Below, piece after piece: positions 12,612 through 27,400 of a DNA stretch of 64,000 nucleotides. Below the pieces are notes generated by a model. That model saw only the letters and a list, made by a program, of their open reading frames with translations. It had not been told where the DNA came from and made no database searches. The stretch is taken from assembly GCA_023231475.1 (NCBI GenBank), contig JALJEE010002055.1:1-64000 (forward strand), read 5' to 3'. The position numbers and the translations under genes were made by a program. The stretch is from Seison nebaliae. Taxonomy: Eukaryota. Numbering within the stretch: the stretch's first letter is position 1; each line of letters opens with the position of its first letter.

Positions 12612-13888
12612 GAAAACGGAAATGATTCTTATTCGAATTTCTTCCATATCACTAATCCTTTTGATCTTAACTTATCGATTACATCTCGTTTCTTTTAATA
12701 AATTATTTATTCTACTTACGATGGAAAACCAGTTTTTCACCATTCTGATGGTTTTTCACCGTTCCCATAATTTTTCGTTTTTCTGATGATTTTTCATCGA
12801 GTTAAGAATTACATTAAATGATAGAGAAATTGTGTTCGGTCGAATGTTGTTCCACTGAAAATTACACTTTATTTCACTAGAATGACAAAAAGTTTGGTAT
12901 TTGAATGAATAAAAAGAGAAAAGGAAAAAAGGAAAAATGTGAAAAAAAAAAAGAGAGATACGTTAATAGATGAATTAGAAGAACTCTACGAGATGAATGA
13001 ATACAAATAAAATAAATAGAAAATGGAAATTAATGAAGTCGATTTGCCAATATCTCTTATTGTGTCATTGTGTATGGTGAGAGAGAGTGGGGGGGAGTTT
13101 GGGGGGAGAAGGGATGAGATTTGTTGTGAAACCAATAAAATTTGCGACATTTCTTTCAGAAACACAATAGAAACCAATTGAAGTATTCGTAACAGAGAGA
13201 CCGAATTAGACTAGAAAGGAAAGAGTTCAATGGAGAGTTGGTTAGGTCAATGGGGAAAAATCGAGAATGAAAACGACAAATTGTATTCCACTCCTAATTC
13301 ACATTGGAAATGATATGTCGGAATTATGTGATGATGGCACTATTTTCTGATGGATGTTATGTGGATGAGAAATAGAGAATGACTAACTTAAGTTGTGGGA
13401 CGAACTGAAAATTAATCATTTCTCATATGGGCACACATTTCAAATTAATGTGAGGGATGGAGAGAAATAAAAACGATTTTAAATTGACGAAAGTGAAGAA
13501 GAAAACGAATGAAAACAATTGTGCACTATCTCGGTGGTCGAAGGCACATGTTGTTTGGAGAGGATTCTTATTTGAATTATTGTCTGTTCGAATGGTGACG
13601 TGGAACGATGGGCAAATTTCAGTCGGATTGGTTGTTTACTTCATGAGATTAAATATAATCTGAGAAAAAAAATGAGAGAGAGAGAGAGAAGGAGAAGAAA
13701 TGATAATGGATTTCACTCGTTCAAATTTTTGAAGGATATAAATAAATTCTCTCGTTAATTTATCTTATGTACAACTGAGATGGAATCGATTGGCACTTAA
13801 ACACCGTGTTCTGTGTGTGTGTTTGTGTGTTCAAAAAGAAGAAATAGAAGAGCAAAAAAGTCAGTTGTTGTTTCGATTCGATTTCCAT

Positions 13889-16800
13889 TTACACAGTTAT
13901 ATGCGTTTCGGTGGCACCATCAATCTTATGTATTGGTACTGTTCGACTGATGTTGTTGTTGTTGTTGTCATTAAACTGATTCGTTCTGCCATCGATCGGT
14001 AATGCTGGTTGAATCGTCTCATTCAAATCGTCGTCGCCATCATCATCATCGTCGTCGTCCTCGTCATCGTCGTTATTTTCATTCTTGTAATTTGGTGATG
14101 GTTCGATTTCGTTATCCCATGATAATTCGGACATCGGTCTCTCGACAATATCGTTGCGATAGTAAGCGCAACCTTCATCATTGATATCGTTACGATTCGT
14201 GTTATCATTATCGAACATTCGGTTCATTGTAATATTTCCACGATTATTCTCTTGAGTTGACGTATGTGTGGTGGTGATGTTTGTAGTGGTGGTGGGCACA
14301 GATGTGGAGACGACGCCCGCTGATTGTTGGATACCTTTCAACGAATTCAGTGATATCGATTCTCGAGCTTTCTTCATTTTATTAATCATTTGATGATTCG
14401 TATCAATTTCTTCATCACTCTCACCATCATCCTCATAATCGTCATCATCCTCCTCGTCCTCTTCGTCATCATCCGACGTTTCCGCCATATATTCCGAGAG
14501 ATCGTCCTCCTCGTCATCATCCTCCTCTTCATTATCATCATTTTCAAATAATTTATTCGTTCTAATCTCTCCACTCGCCAACGGATTCAAATACGCACAA
14601 TGTGACTGTATATTCTCCAATGGATGTTGTTGTTGTTGTTGTTGTTGTTGATGATTAGTATTTAATCGTTTGTTATTCATTTTATTGTTCATTTGTGGAT
14701 TTTCGATTGTGTTCGTTTCGATTCGACGAACTATTCGACCGGCTAATTCGTCGTTTTCGGGAAGTGAATTCATTTTAGATTTTTGTGAATCGCTCGCCAT
14801 TTCCATGGGATTGACGGTGATGTTTAAACCGTCCGAATCGTCCCATTCCAATTCCGTCGTATTTCCGTTACCTCGACTAGCTTGACTGTATTTTCCCTTT
14901 TGGAAATCGCGATCGTCTCGATATTTCCTACTAATTGCTGATCGTTTTTTGATGAGAACAGCCGCACAAATCACACCCACCAATATCATCACACCGACGA
15001 TAGCGGAGAAAATGAAATATGCTCGTTTTGTTGGTGCCGCTTCACTTTTCTTATGAGCGAACATTGGTCTCGTATGTCGAACATTAACATCATCATTTTG
15101 TAGTGAATGTTGATGAGAAAGGAATTTCACCGAATTCACGAGAATATTTGAATAATCTCGTCGTCCTTTATCCTCCTCTAAACCATTCAAAGTATCGTCA
15201 TGAATGAAAATGATTTTTTGACGATATTCATTTGAAATTTCACTATTGTTCACATTCGAACAAATCACTGAAACTATCTCTTCCTCATGGCCATGATTGA
15301 TCATTTGTTTGTCATAAATTATTTGTTGAAGGAATTTTTCGTAAACATTTGCCGGTGCTGCTCCAGTGACGATGAGACCGTCTTCCGTATCGATGATATC
15401 TAAATCTTCGATTTTCTCTTCTCCTTTTTTCACTCGTTCCAAATTCCATTGACGAATAAATTCTTCATTATTAATCATAGCTTTCCTCCATAAGAGAACT
15501 TGTTCCTGACGTGAAACAAATGGCGATAATCGAATTTCGCACAAATCCAAAAATTTCTCATTTCCCGTTTTAATCTCGATATTTTCGAAGGGATGGAAAA
15601 CTTGCAATTTCGTCTTCTCATTCAAATGCCATTCGATGGTTGACGGACCGTAAAGTTGGAGATGGATTTCTACCATCTTTTTCTTATCATCATCCAATTC
15701 CTTATATGGTTTCATTTCTTCAGGAATTGCATAACCGAATTCTTTTTTCTCTTTCTCCTCCTTCAATTCAGTGGATTGATGAATAATAATTTTCGTCTTC
15801 TCTTGTGGTAAGGCTGCGACGGCCACACCAGAATTTTCGAAATTTTCCGTTTCACCATCAGATTTCGACGAGCAACGAACGACCGCTTGAGAATTGATCA
15901 TCAATTCATGAGCGTTTACACCGTTGAAATTCGTCAAATGGAATTTCACCGCTTTCAACATCGATTGTGCGTCGTCGATTGATGACGTTTTCAATATCAA
16001 TTCTTTACCATCTTTCGACGAATGGACTTCACTGGCGAATTCTTTCAAATCGAACGACGGTGATAAAATCAATTTCTCTTCACACGAACATTTTTTCCGT
16101 TCATCTGATGTTGGTAATCGTTCTGTATCCATCAACATCTTCAACGGTTTCTCATTCAAATTTAAATTCAAATTCTTCTCGTCTACATTGATATCTTCGT
16201 GCAAATGAAGTGCAGCCAAATAGCCTTGGAAACGTTGAGCGAATCGTTTGCGCTGTCCATGCCAACATGCACCGACAACCGATACCGTTCCCACACTTTT
16301 CAAATCCGTTATGGGCCAATCGTCCAAGATTTCCGTTTGAGTTTCCGCCACTTGTTTATTGTCGACGAATAAATAAGATTGTGGATATCTGACACGAATC
16401 GAATAGAAATGCCATTTTCCATCTTTCGTCTCTTCGGGAATGTGCCAACGCCATTCAGCCGGAAAGAATTTACTCTGATCCTTTTTCGCTACATGTTCCC
16501 GTCTTAACAAGAATTTGAGATGACCATCTTGAATCCAAATACTGGTATGATGACGTGACATTGATTGATTGTCGCCAATACAAAGAATTTGTTCCTTCCT
16601 CAATTTCTCCAAATCGTTCATTGTTAATTTCTTGTCCGATTTCGAATATAATTTCTTCTCATCATCGGCAATTTCATTTTCCCCTTCACCAATCATCGAC
16701 AAGAGACTTTCATCCAAAGTTTTGTTCGAATCCACGAAAATGGTATTGGGTGTCTTTCTCATCCACCAGCTGATGGTAAAATTGGTGGAAGTTTCAGGCT

Positions 16801-18224
16801 GATCATTCGCTGTCAACATGGTAGCATTAAACCGTTTGTATGGAACGAAATAAGCGTTTGTTTTCCCATCGAAATAATAGATGGATTTCGGATCTAAATT
16901 CTTCGGGAGATTCACATTCGAATACATATCCATCGAAAATGATCTCAATTCTTCAGGTGATGGTAAAAATTCGATGACTTTCGAATTATCTTCCAATTTC
17001 TCTCCGAGACGTTTCTGTCGATGGAGATCTTCGTCTGCCAAATTACATTTACATTCCTCTTTATTGTTGTTGTTGATGATGTTCATTCGGAGAACGACTT
17101 CTTCTACTAGACATTGTGTGGAACAGATTTGAATGACAGGATTTAATGAGACGAGTGTCGTGTCGAGACTGTTGCCCAGTTTTGGTGGTGTAATGGAAAT
17201 CAACGAATTAATTCCATGTAAACGACTTTCGCACGTCTGTTGTACAATGATGTTGACCACCGTATTCTTCTCCGACGTCTTCCCATCACAATCGAAGGCG
17301 GAAACGTCCAACATCCAATTGGAATTCTTCTCATGTTCCAATGGAACGATATTTGAGATGATTCCTTTACTATCGATATGGAACGGTGAATTGGTGTCAT
17401 TATTCATTATTCGATATCCACAAACTTTCCCATCGTTATTACAATCCTTATCTTTCGCCACCACCTAATCAAACGAGCTCGAATGACAAATTACAAAAAA
17501 CCATCAAATCGTAACTTGAATGATACTTTGATAAATTCGATTTTCTTCGATATATGCACGATATGATCGCTCTTCGAACACGGGCCGATACTCGTTATAG
17601 TCGAGAAGTTGAATATCCAAATTTGCCCACTCACTCACCAGTGGCGGTGAACCACAATCGAAAGCGGCAACTTTTAACGCATAACTGAAATTTAAAAATT
17701 TAAATTAAATTTATTCTAATTAAATTTATTAATAATAACCTCGAGACTTGTTCACAATTTAAGGAGAATCCGTCTTTAACTCGAACTTCGGCGAGACCGT
17801 TACTTCGATTTTTCACTTCCGCTTTAAACGGTATTTCATCTTCAATCGTCAAAGCATCTTGTTCATTCGCCCCACTTTGATGACGAGTACGACGCCAAGA
17901 TAAATGGAATCTGAATAAAAATTAAGAAATTATAAAAATGACGGAAATTGGATGAAACCCGCAAATATAAGAGGCGCCACCTAAAGTGTCCCGATCTTTC
18001 GCCTGAAGAGGTGGCTCTATTTGTACGACCTTCTCGTCTTCACGTATCACACCACCAAATGATTTGGGGAAACCGTTCGCTATTAATTCGGGTTTATAAG
18101 CATTGGGCTCTGACGGAAGTTTTGATGGTTTTGACGGAAATGATGGAATGGAACCTGATTCTGATAATATCAGATTGAATGCACAGGAGAGAAGTAGAGA
18201 AAAAGAAATTAATTTCATTTTCAT
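13889..18224 (-). CDS. CLSTN: Calsyntenin (cadherin-related neuronal membrane protein), 4 coding exons
   Basis: Signal peptide, two cadherin repeats (PPLQAKDRD, VAAFDCG, VAKDKDC, VSAFDC), LamG-like region (YYFDG, WHFYSI, VVGACWHG), TM, and an acidic tail with LEWDDSDGLNITVNPME and a second LSWD motif. Introns 17911-17958, 17685-17739, 17465-17515 (donors GTTTCA, GTTATT, GTTACG). Confidence 0.95.
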
Positions 18225-21200
18225 TATTCTGCACAGATGTTTTTTTTCCTTCTATTATTGTATTTGTGTTGTAGTCAGATAATTATTCACATCAATCCAA
18301 ATAAATGTTTACATTGAACGAATGTTATCGGAGTGAGTGTCACTAGACACGAAAGATTTGATGTTCCCAAAAGAAGAAAAAGGATCTGCGTTTTTGAGAG
18401 AAGAGAAAATGAGAGACGTCCATAGAACATGATGATAGTTTCGTTCGCGACGATAAAATGAGAATTTCAACTCGAATTTTAAAAAGGAATCGTGAGATGT
18501 GACAAGTTGTGAAAATTTTCATTTTTCAAATTTATGATCGTCGAATGGAAAAGAAAGGAAAGGATAGGGAGGGAGAGAGATAGAGAAAGAGAGAGAGTAT
18601 GAAAAGAAAGGTTGATATCGATTGAGAATTGAAGTGACATTAGGAATGAAATGTTTGAAATGATTGTAAATTATCTGACGAGGTCGACACATTGTATTTA
18701 CATTCAAGTAATGAATAATGAGAAATTATGTTAAATGTATTGATAAGACGGAGAAGAGATGAGAAGAAGGGAAGGGAGAATGATAATTTATGGTAGCAAG
18801 TTGAAAGAATATTTGATGCATGAATAAAAAAGAAACATAAATTCCTTACATAATATAATAAACACATTCATCATTCGATGGGTAGCATCGAAGAGACATT
18901 CACTTCCAATAATCGACAATAATAATAGATTTATAACAATTATTTCTCTCCCTAAACATAATCAATAAACATCTGAACCATTTCCTTCGACAGGTAACCG
19001 ACGACGTCGAGTTATGTGTGGAAAAGTGTGAAAGGGACGAAAAATGGAGAAGGAACTCGTCCAACCTAATAAATTTGATAAATCGATGGATGTATGTCAA
19101 CCAATTGTCTTGTCAAAAAAGAAAAAAACGGTTAACGGAAATAACATCATCGAAAGAGAGATAGGAATTATCGTAGATTTGAAATTGGGTGCGATAACGG
19201 TACCGCTCATCCTGATATGGGCACGAACATCTATCCAGATTTGTCAGTTTGTCAATTTGATGAGGACGGAAGTTGTAAAAGAAACTTATTGAAAGTAAAT
19301 AAATTGCCTCTTCAAATAACTCTTCCTCATATCTAGAGAAAGATTAGAGGATGATTGAATTATTGGTGCAGATGAGAAGGGGAGGAGGTATGTAATGAAT
19401 TGAGAATAGGAAAAATGTGTGAACGTGTTTTCAGGCGAGAATCTTCATGATTTCCCTCTCAATTACCTTCCCTTTTATCATGACTAATCAAATCTGGTGT
19501 GGAAGAATAAGAGTCATAACAAGAGAAGACAATTATTGTTCACTGATCACATTTCCGTCGAACAATCGGAACAAATGATTATTTATCAATTCCATCATGC
19601 CATCAAATGCGAATAATTTGAATTAGATGAACCTGTGCGACTACTATCGTGATGATGATGGGAGTTGATCGAAAGGAATTTTCTCTACTTCAATGTCATC
19701 ATGTTCAATTCAAATCTCATCAATTAATTGATAAGGTGTCATTGGAGAATATCTAAATTGATCGGTCCACTTCATTAATTAACGACACAATTCTCTCTCG
19801 TCAACATGACGTCAATCCGAAAACGACCATAATTTGGTCGCAAATATTTAAAATAAATAATTTCACGTTCAAAAATACAGTTGATCAATCAATGAAAAGA
19901 ACAACAACGGAATTTCATCGAAAAATCTCAAGAGAGAGAGAGACATAGATAACGGAAGATGGATGGAACGACCGTGAAGATTCACGGCCAAGAGGAAACG
20001 TAACAACAAAAAAATCGAAAGAATCCGTCCACTTTCTATCGCATTAATTCTTTTTTAAAAAATATTAATTTGGTTCTATTCCTCATTATTCGTCGACATC
20101 TTCATCTCATCTCATTTATTGCACAGTAACATTTAGAAGGAAATGGCAAAAGAACAATTTCCCATACTTGTTCGGCTTTATTCTCTCTAGTTCATTTCGA
20201 GATAGACATTCCAGTTGACACTACATTTAACCGTCTCGCACACATTCACATATTTCCACATATCAATCGAATCATTCACCCCTCCCTCCCTCGCTACAAA
20301 TAAATTCTTCTCTAACACAAGTTTATGTAACTACTCTTCATTTCCTACTAACGTAACTTATTCTCGTTTCACATATTTCCACACTAAAACTGATTATTTG
20401 TACACAAGCGACTGAGAATGAACGACGGAATATTTAGATGTTACTCAATAGTTAAATAGGAATAATAATAATAGTAGTTCTTTTTCTTCTTTTCAACTAT
20501 GAATGATGATGGAAGAATTATATGGAATTCTTTCTACATTCCCCCCAACCCCCCCTACTCCACAACACATGGAAACAATCTTTAATAAACATAAAATTAT
20601 CAACAAGATCATACACAGTTCCATGCTGCCCTACGACTGCCACGATCAACATTCTACTTACTCTCTCTCTCTTTCTCTCTCTCTCAATTCCTCATCGAAG
20701 TGAGTATAGAAAATGAAGTAGAATTGGTGGAGGAAAGAGATGATGTCGAGAGAATGCATTCGATGGAAGGAAAATTGGATGTCGATCATATCGGCGGTTG
20801 ATGTCGTCAGAATATCCTAAATAATGTTGTCATCTAAAAGCGCGCACGAGAGAGAGAGAAAGAGAGAGACAGAATGTAGGGGAGGAACAGTAAATCGTCT
20901 ACAAGAACGAATAGAAGATGAAGTTGTCGTTTTATATGAATCATCATACAGGAACACAGATGAATATGATGAATTATTATTTTGGTTGAATAAATTTCTC
21001 ATGTTCATTTTTGTGAGTCATATGCCTCGGCGAGAAAAATGAATATGAACAATAATATAATTATTAATTAATTTTATTATCAATTCCATTTTTTTCACAT
21101 GTTCACCATCTTTATTTTTCTTCTTTCATCACAAAATCATTCTGTCGACTAATAATATTTCCCTTCTTTTTTTACGTATATTAAATAAAATAGTTTAATT

Positions 21201-24200
21201 ATCTACATATATCGGTTGTTGTTGTTGTTGTTGTCGTTGTTGTCATTGGAGATGGAGATTGGAATGGAATTATTGTCAGAAAAAAGAAAAGTCTGATGAT
21301 GATGGGAAAGGAGAGGAGGAAGAAGAGTGAAAGAATGTATTCCATAGAATTAATTCATTAGTCGATAAATGACGAGTTGCCATTGGGAAGAGTGGAATGA
21401 ATAAATATTATTCTTCTCCTCCAATTTTTAGCATGAGAGCTAGAATTGTCGAATGAAAGGACAAATTATTATTATTCTCCAAAAAAATTTTATTATACAA
21501 GTCATGCCTCGATCGATTCTCTTCTCTTTCTCTTCTGATCACATTCTCCATTCTTCTCCCACCATCATATACGGTGACATCGTCATGTCAAACAGATTTC
21601 CGAAATAATTCCCTTTCTCTCTCTCTTTGTCGCTTCTCGTGGAAGAATTGTGGAAAAAATGGGAATCGAGATAGATAATTGGAATATTTTCTCCCTCCTT
21701 TCCCGATCGGTAGAAAAGAGGAGAGAATAATTTGAAGAAAAATAAATGAGAAATTCGAATATTCTCTTCTACTGATCATCGATGAGGTTGTGTCATTCTT
21801 TGATGATCATTGGAAAATAATTAGGGTCTCTTCCATCTAAATTCCATATTATGGAATATTTTGAAATTGATGGAACTCCATCACTCCTCCGAATGACATT
21901 CATCTTCAGCTTAACTTTAATGATTCGCCGTCAATTTTGAGTCGTTTTATTATTTAAATTAGTCACGAACTATCATGATAACTTATATTGGGATGGAAAT
22001 GGAAGTGCCGTTATTTGAGCGAAGGACCCATATTTGTTGTTAGTTGAAACTGGTCATTTAATGCATTTCCATTCAACTTATAATTACATCTTAAGTAGTG
22101 ATTAGCGATGGAATAATGATAAACATTCTCCAAATTTTCTATTGACAACAAAATATTTTTCGCAGTTTTTCTCCCTCCACACACACACACACATACATAC
22201 ACAAACACACCCGTGTCGATTGTGCGAAGGTATGAGGAAAGATTAGAATGTTTATAGTCGTGTCGCATGTGCTTAACGGAATGTGGAAACAACATGAAAT
22301 GGAAACAGGAACAGAAGACCGTTTCGGAGGAGGAATGGTAAAGACATTTAATAATAATCTCCTTCAAATTGGTCAGTTATTGTTGGAGATGAATGAGGGA
22401 AGGAAGAAAGAAAGGATGGAAGGGAAGGAGAGAAGTAGGAGAAACTGGAAGAAATATGAATAAGAATTACTTCATTATCAAGAGCGATTGGAAACTGATT
22501 AATTCGTATATTTATATGAAGACAATTGTTGTGTCCATGCAAAACGTTGATTGGAAGGAAATGCGTATGTGTATTCGTTTATGCGTGCACGTCCGCACAT
22601 ATGCGCCCTCCCATCTCTCGTCCTTTGTAGCGAGTGACAAATTAAAATAAAGTGTCAACATTTTCCCGCTCAATACCTCGAAGGATGATGGGGTGGGAGG
22701 AGGTGAGATGATGCGGCAGAGTTAAAGTGGAAGATCATGGAATTTTGATTGTTCTCCAGCGAACATTCTCTCCTTGACTCCTTCGGAGATGTGATGACGA
22801 GATATCGATGCGAATCGAATCGAATGAAGAGAAATCTTTCAATTTTATGTTCCATTTCATTATGGTGATACCTTCTTTCCATCCAAGAAGAACGGATGGA
22901 TGGATGGATGGATGGATGGATGGAGGGGCGATGAGAAGATGCATATCATAATTCAAGGAAATCTGATTAAAAAATAATTGTTGTTTGTCAGTGAAGGATT
23001 TGAAAGGAAAGCAGCAACTAATCTCCTTTCTTCAATTTACATTGTTCATTGGCAACATAATCATATTCATTCGATTTATAGCGCCAGATGGTCAGTCGCG
23101 CTAAGTAAGACATAAACAAATCTCTCCTGCCATTCTCTTAATTATTATCTCTTCGTATTGGAGGCAGCGCGATATATCTGTTGGGCAGCATCTAACGAGA
23201 ATAGATTGATAATTGTCATGAATCAACTCGTTTTCTCGTTAAAGATCTTCTCCATTTTATCTCCATAAATTTCATGTTCAATTAAACTCCAATAACATAT
23301 CGGATAGTCGCTACATGAGAATGATCTTTTCATAATATCTTTCTCATTATCAGCACCAAAAAAAAAACGATGAAAGGATGAGGAAAATAATAAAACTAAT
23401 TCGAAGTGCCGATGTACATGCGAATGAATGACAAATCGACACTCTTCTTATACGTCTTCGGGATGGAAGAAGGTGTAACTTATTTATCGATTTCTTAATT
23501 ACATCGAACTATTGCTAAGTACCAGAATGTCTGGATAACATAATCTTCTCCTTCCTAAGTCTTCGCTGACGATATATGTTACATGTTCCACACCGCTTCC
23601 AGAATTCCGTCTGCTAATGACGGAATTTACCTAATATGAGGGACAGTTCAATTTGAAAATGTTAATCATGGAAATAATTAATGTTTTCGAAAAAAATGGA
23701 AGAATTCCATTAAACATTTATGTCAAAACGATGTTTGGAAGACTTCCGTTGAAAGGATAGTCAGAAATTGGCTGCATGAAATGGACGAAAGAAAGAAGAT
23801 GGAAAAGATGGAAATTTGATGGTATATGACCGTCTCGCAAATCATGCGGAGATTTATTCAAATTCATAATAATAATTTATGGAAAATTAATAATAATTCA
23901 CTTTCTAATTGAGAACATGAGATTTTTGGGGAGAGCAGCTTACCACGAAACGGATTTTCTACCATGAATAAATCTACATAAGAATCATGAGAGGAATCGT
24001 TTAACTTTCATCAAATTACATACAGATTGATCGTTCAGTTATTAATTTCTTCTACGTTCATTAGTCTACTGTCGAACTGGTTACTTACTCGATCTTTTAC
24101 GTAAACAATAACTGACTCAATTCGTCCTCCAATTATCATCTCCTGCCAATAAGAGCCATAACACGCGATCATGACCTTGAATCGAACCCGATTCAAATTT

Positions 24201-24304
24201 GATAATTAATTGATAACATTCAAATAATAAGTTATTTCTGTTTTCTTGTAAAATATTCTGAGTGGATTCGTCGTCGTCAAAAAAACCATGTTGATGATTC
24301 TGCT

Positions 24305-24488
24305 TTCTTCCAAAAATCGAATTAGAACAGAAAATATTTACGATATAAAATCTTCATATGATGATGATAATGATGATGATGATGATAATGATAAATGTTC
24401 TTCTAAAAATCGAATTAAAACTGAAAATATTTACGACATAAAATCTTCTTATGATGATCATAATGATGATGATGATGATGATAATGAT
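24305..24488 (+). repeat. Two-copy tandem duplication, 93-bp period, each unit ending in a (GAT)n tract
   Basis: ttcttccaaaaatcgaattagaacagaaaatatttacgatataaaatcttcatatgatgat... starting at 24305 is repeated at 24398 with about 6 substitutions. Confidence 0.9.
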
Positions 24489-27400
24489 TTACGTTTCGTC
24501 TTTATTCTCATATCTGATGTCTTCATGAGAGGAAGTGAATGTTTCATGAAGTGAAATGATGAATGCAAATGATATTCCCTCCAATTACTTCGACATTCAT
24601 TGAAATCGATCAAGGTAAATGATAAATGAAGAGATCGTTCAATATCGGATGTATGAATAATGTTTATGAGGGGAATATAATTCGCTTCATTTCACCATCC
24701 TTAGCACAGATTTATTTGATGACGTAACTCTCATCTTTTCAATAAACAATTAAATCAGAGATTGGTCGTTGGCCATTTAAATCTTCTCGTCAACATCCTT
24801 TCCCTCTCACTCTTCCGAATTGTCGATCGAATTGACGAAAACACGACAACGCCAAAATTAGTGGAACGATTAACATCGTCTCATCTCGAAGGTGATGATT
24901 GGAAGGGAATGATGATTTGACCGAAAACTCCAATTCGAATGGAATGCACGAAAGGAAAATTCTCCGTTTCCTTATCGCTCAATATCGAGATGGTTATTGA
25001 TCGATAAGAATCATCTTCCTACATTGACGTTACGGTTTTGAAGAAGATGGTGAGAATGTCGAAAGAATTGTACGTTCTCAAAGATGAAACGATAACGAAA
25101 GAACAGAAAACGATGTTTTCTTTCGTCCATCTCCTCCCTCCCTCCTTCCCTCTAATCCAACTATTTATGAGGTCGTTAAAAAATTAAATTTTTTTTTCCC
25201 AATTTTTACCCAGTTTTGAGGAGAAAATAATATTTTCAAAATATACAAATCGGCCACATTGAAAAAAGGAGAGGAATTTTGTATGTTGAAGTTGTTTTGT
25301 GTTGAATTGAACTTCAGTCGTCGAGAGGTTTCCTAACCCCATTCTCATTATTCAGATGAGACTGTTCAATACGAGTGTAGTGGATTGTCGCAACAGTTTT
25401 TAGGTAGAATTCTTTCTACCACTTCTTTTCTTTTCATCTTTCCCAATACTCTCCCCAATTCGTCATCATTGTTTTGTCATCACATTTATCATATCATCTT
25501 CTCCCTCCTCTCTCTCTATCGATAATGAAATGGACAAAAAATAAATTTCTTTCGCTACCTATCCCAAAACCATACAAGATGGTGAGGAGGAGTAGACACA
25601 TATATTCTTGATAATTAATCATTCTCATTCAGTGGCAGTTCCTCCAAATTCCAGGATAACAGAACATTTTACTGATAGTTTATTTTTGTGGAAAACTGTT
25701 CGATTTATGGACGTCGAACCACCAAGATGAACAATTGAGAAAAAAAACGGTCTTTTCTCATTGTTGTGAATGTTGGAAAGGAGATGAATCCGGTGGGCAA
25801 ATAAAGAGAATGACGATTCCTTTAATCATACATTATCATCATTTATCTGATGTGATAATCGAATGAAATAATGGAGAGATAAAGCAGGAAATGATTCATC
25901 TGCCGACGAATCACGAAAGGAATTTTGGAATCGTTAATTGTAGTATTAATTTCTGAGAATGAGGTTAATTTCTTTCACCTATTTGCACAATCTACTGACA
26001 GTTTCGCCAGGTCAATTCGAAAAAATAATCATGAGGAGAAATGACATGATAACTTATCATCACATAACGTCCAATAATTATTGGAAGTGAGATAATAGTA
26101 TGATTAGGAGATGATGGAGAATTAATAAGATTCTATAAAAAATGACTTAACTGAAAATGATTCGAATGAAATCGAACCATTCTCTAATAATAATAATAAT
26201 AATAATAATAATTTACAGGACGATCAACAAGATAATTATTCAGTTTATTTGTAGATATAAAATAAATGAGAGAGAATATGAGTGGGAAGATTTGTTCTAA
26301 TAAATATTAAGTGGAAATAATGTTTAAACTAAAAAGGAAAACTTCCCCAACAACAACAACAACAACAACACTCACTCACTCAATCAATCAGAAGGAGTTA
26401 AACGATAAATTATTAAGAGAGAATGGAAAATTCCTGTACTGACTTCATCGATGGTAGTCTGAGACGAACCTGTTCACTCTCAGTCAGAGGAACAGTTTTC
26501 GTAATAAAAATTTGTTTGATATGAGATTGATGATGAACATGTGTGTCCGAACACATACAAAGTATGGGGGGCGAATGAAGGGGGGAGAATGCAAATGGAA
26601 AATTTATGAATTTTCATGAATAAATTATCCGTTAAAACACAAACAAGTTTAGGGAAATTCATTGACAATCGTTCGCATGTGTTCCCTAATTAGAACTGTC
26701 GAAAATTTCTTGTTATATTTCAGTCGGAAACATTTCACCAGATTTTCATTACGTCTCTCGTTTGAACGGTAGGGAAAGGAAAGGAGAAAGTTTGATCCGT
26801 CAGCAAATTCGCTCATTTCATTTGGAAGAGAAGGAAAAGAATTCCGGATTTATTCTCTCTTAATCCGCTCGCAGATCATCAACTGATGAGTACACTCACC
26901 ATAACAATTTACATAGAAGACCGATAGTTTTTTTTTAAATTTCGTTGGAATGAATGAACAACATCAATTTCTCTCTTGTTCATTCGATATTGGGAGGAAG
27001 AACATTGGAGGAAACAAGGAGTCGCTTCAACTACTTGGATTCTTTTGAACTGAACGGGAAATGAGCAGTTTTTTGGGAAAGGATTTGTTTTGAGAAGACA
27101 TTTCAATTCGTCTCCTTTAAAATGTCGATAGTCGATAGATATATATATATATATATATATATATCTGTTTATTCGATATATGATCTGCATCTAATTCAAT
27201 TTCTTCTTTTTGTATAATTACAAGTACACGGACCATGTGTAAGACTTGACAGTGTCAAGATGGATATGACAAGTGAATATGGATAGAAGAACTGTTCGAT
27301 TTTCTCTCGCGACCTACGAGCAATGTGTGAGCAGTATCTTGTTACGAAAATGTTCAGGTAGAGCGAGAAGGATTATATAATCAGTATAATTCACTTATAT

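Noticed and set aside
14002..17468. Many short ORFs antisense or out-of-frame to calsyntenin, and similar ones over the other long genes
   Set aside because: Shadows of real CDSs and of GAT/CAT/CAA microsatellites (poly-M, poly-H, poly-S translations).
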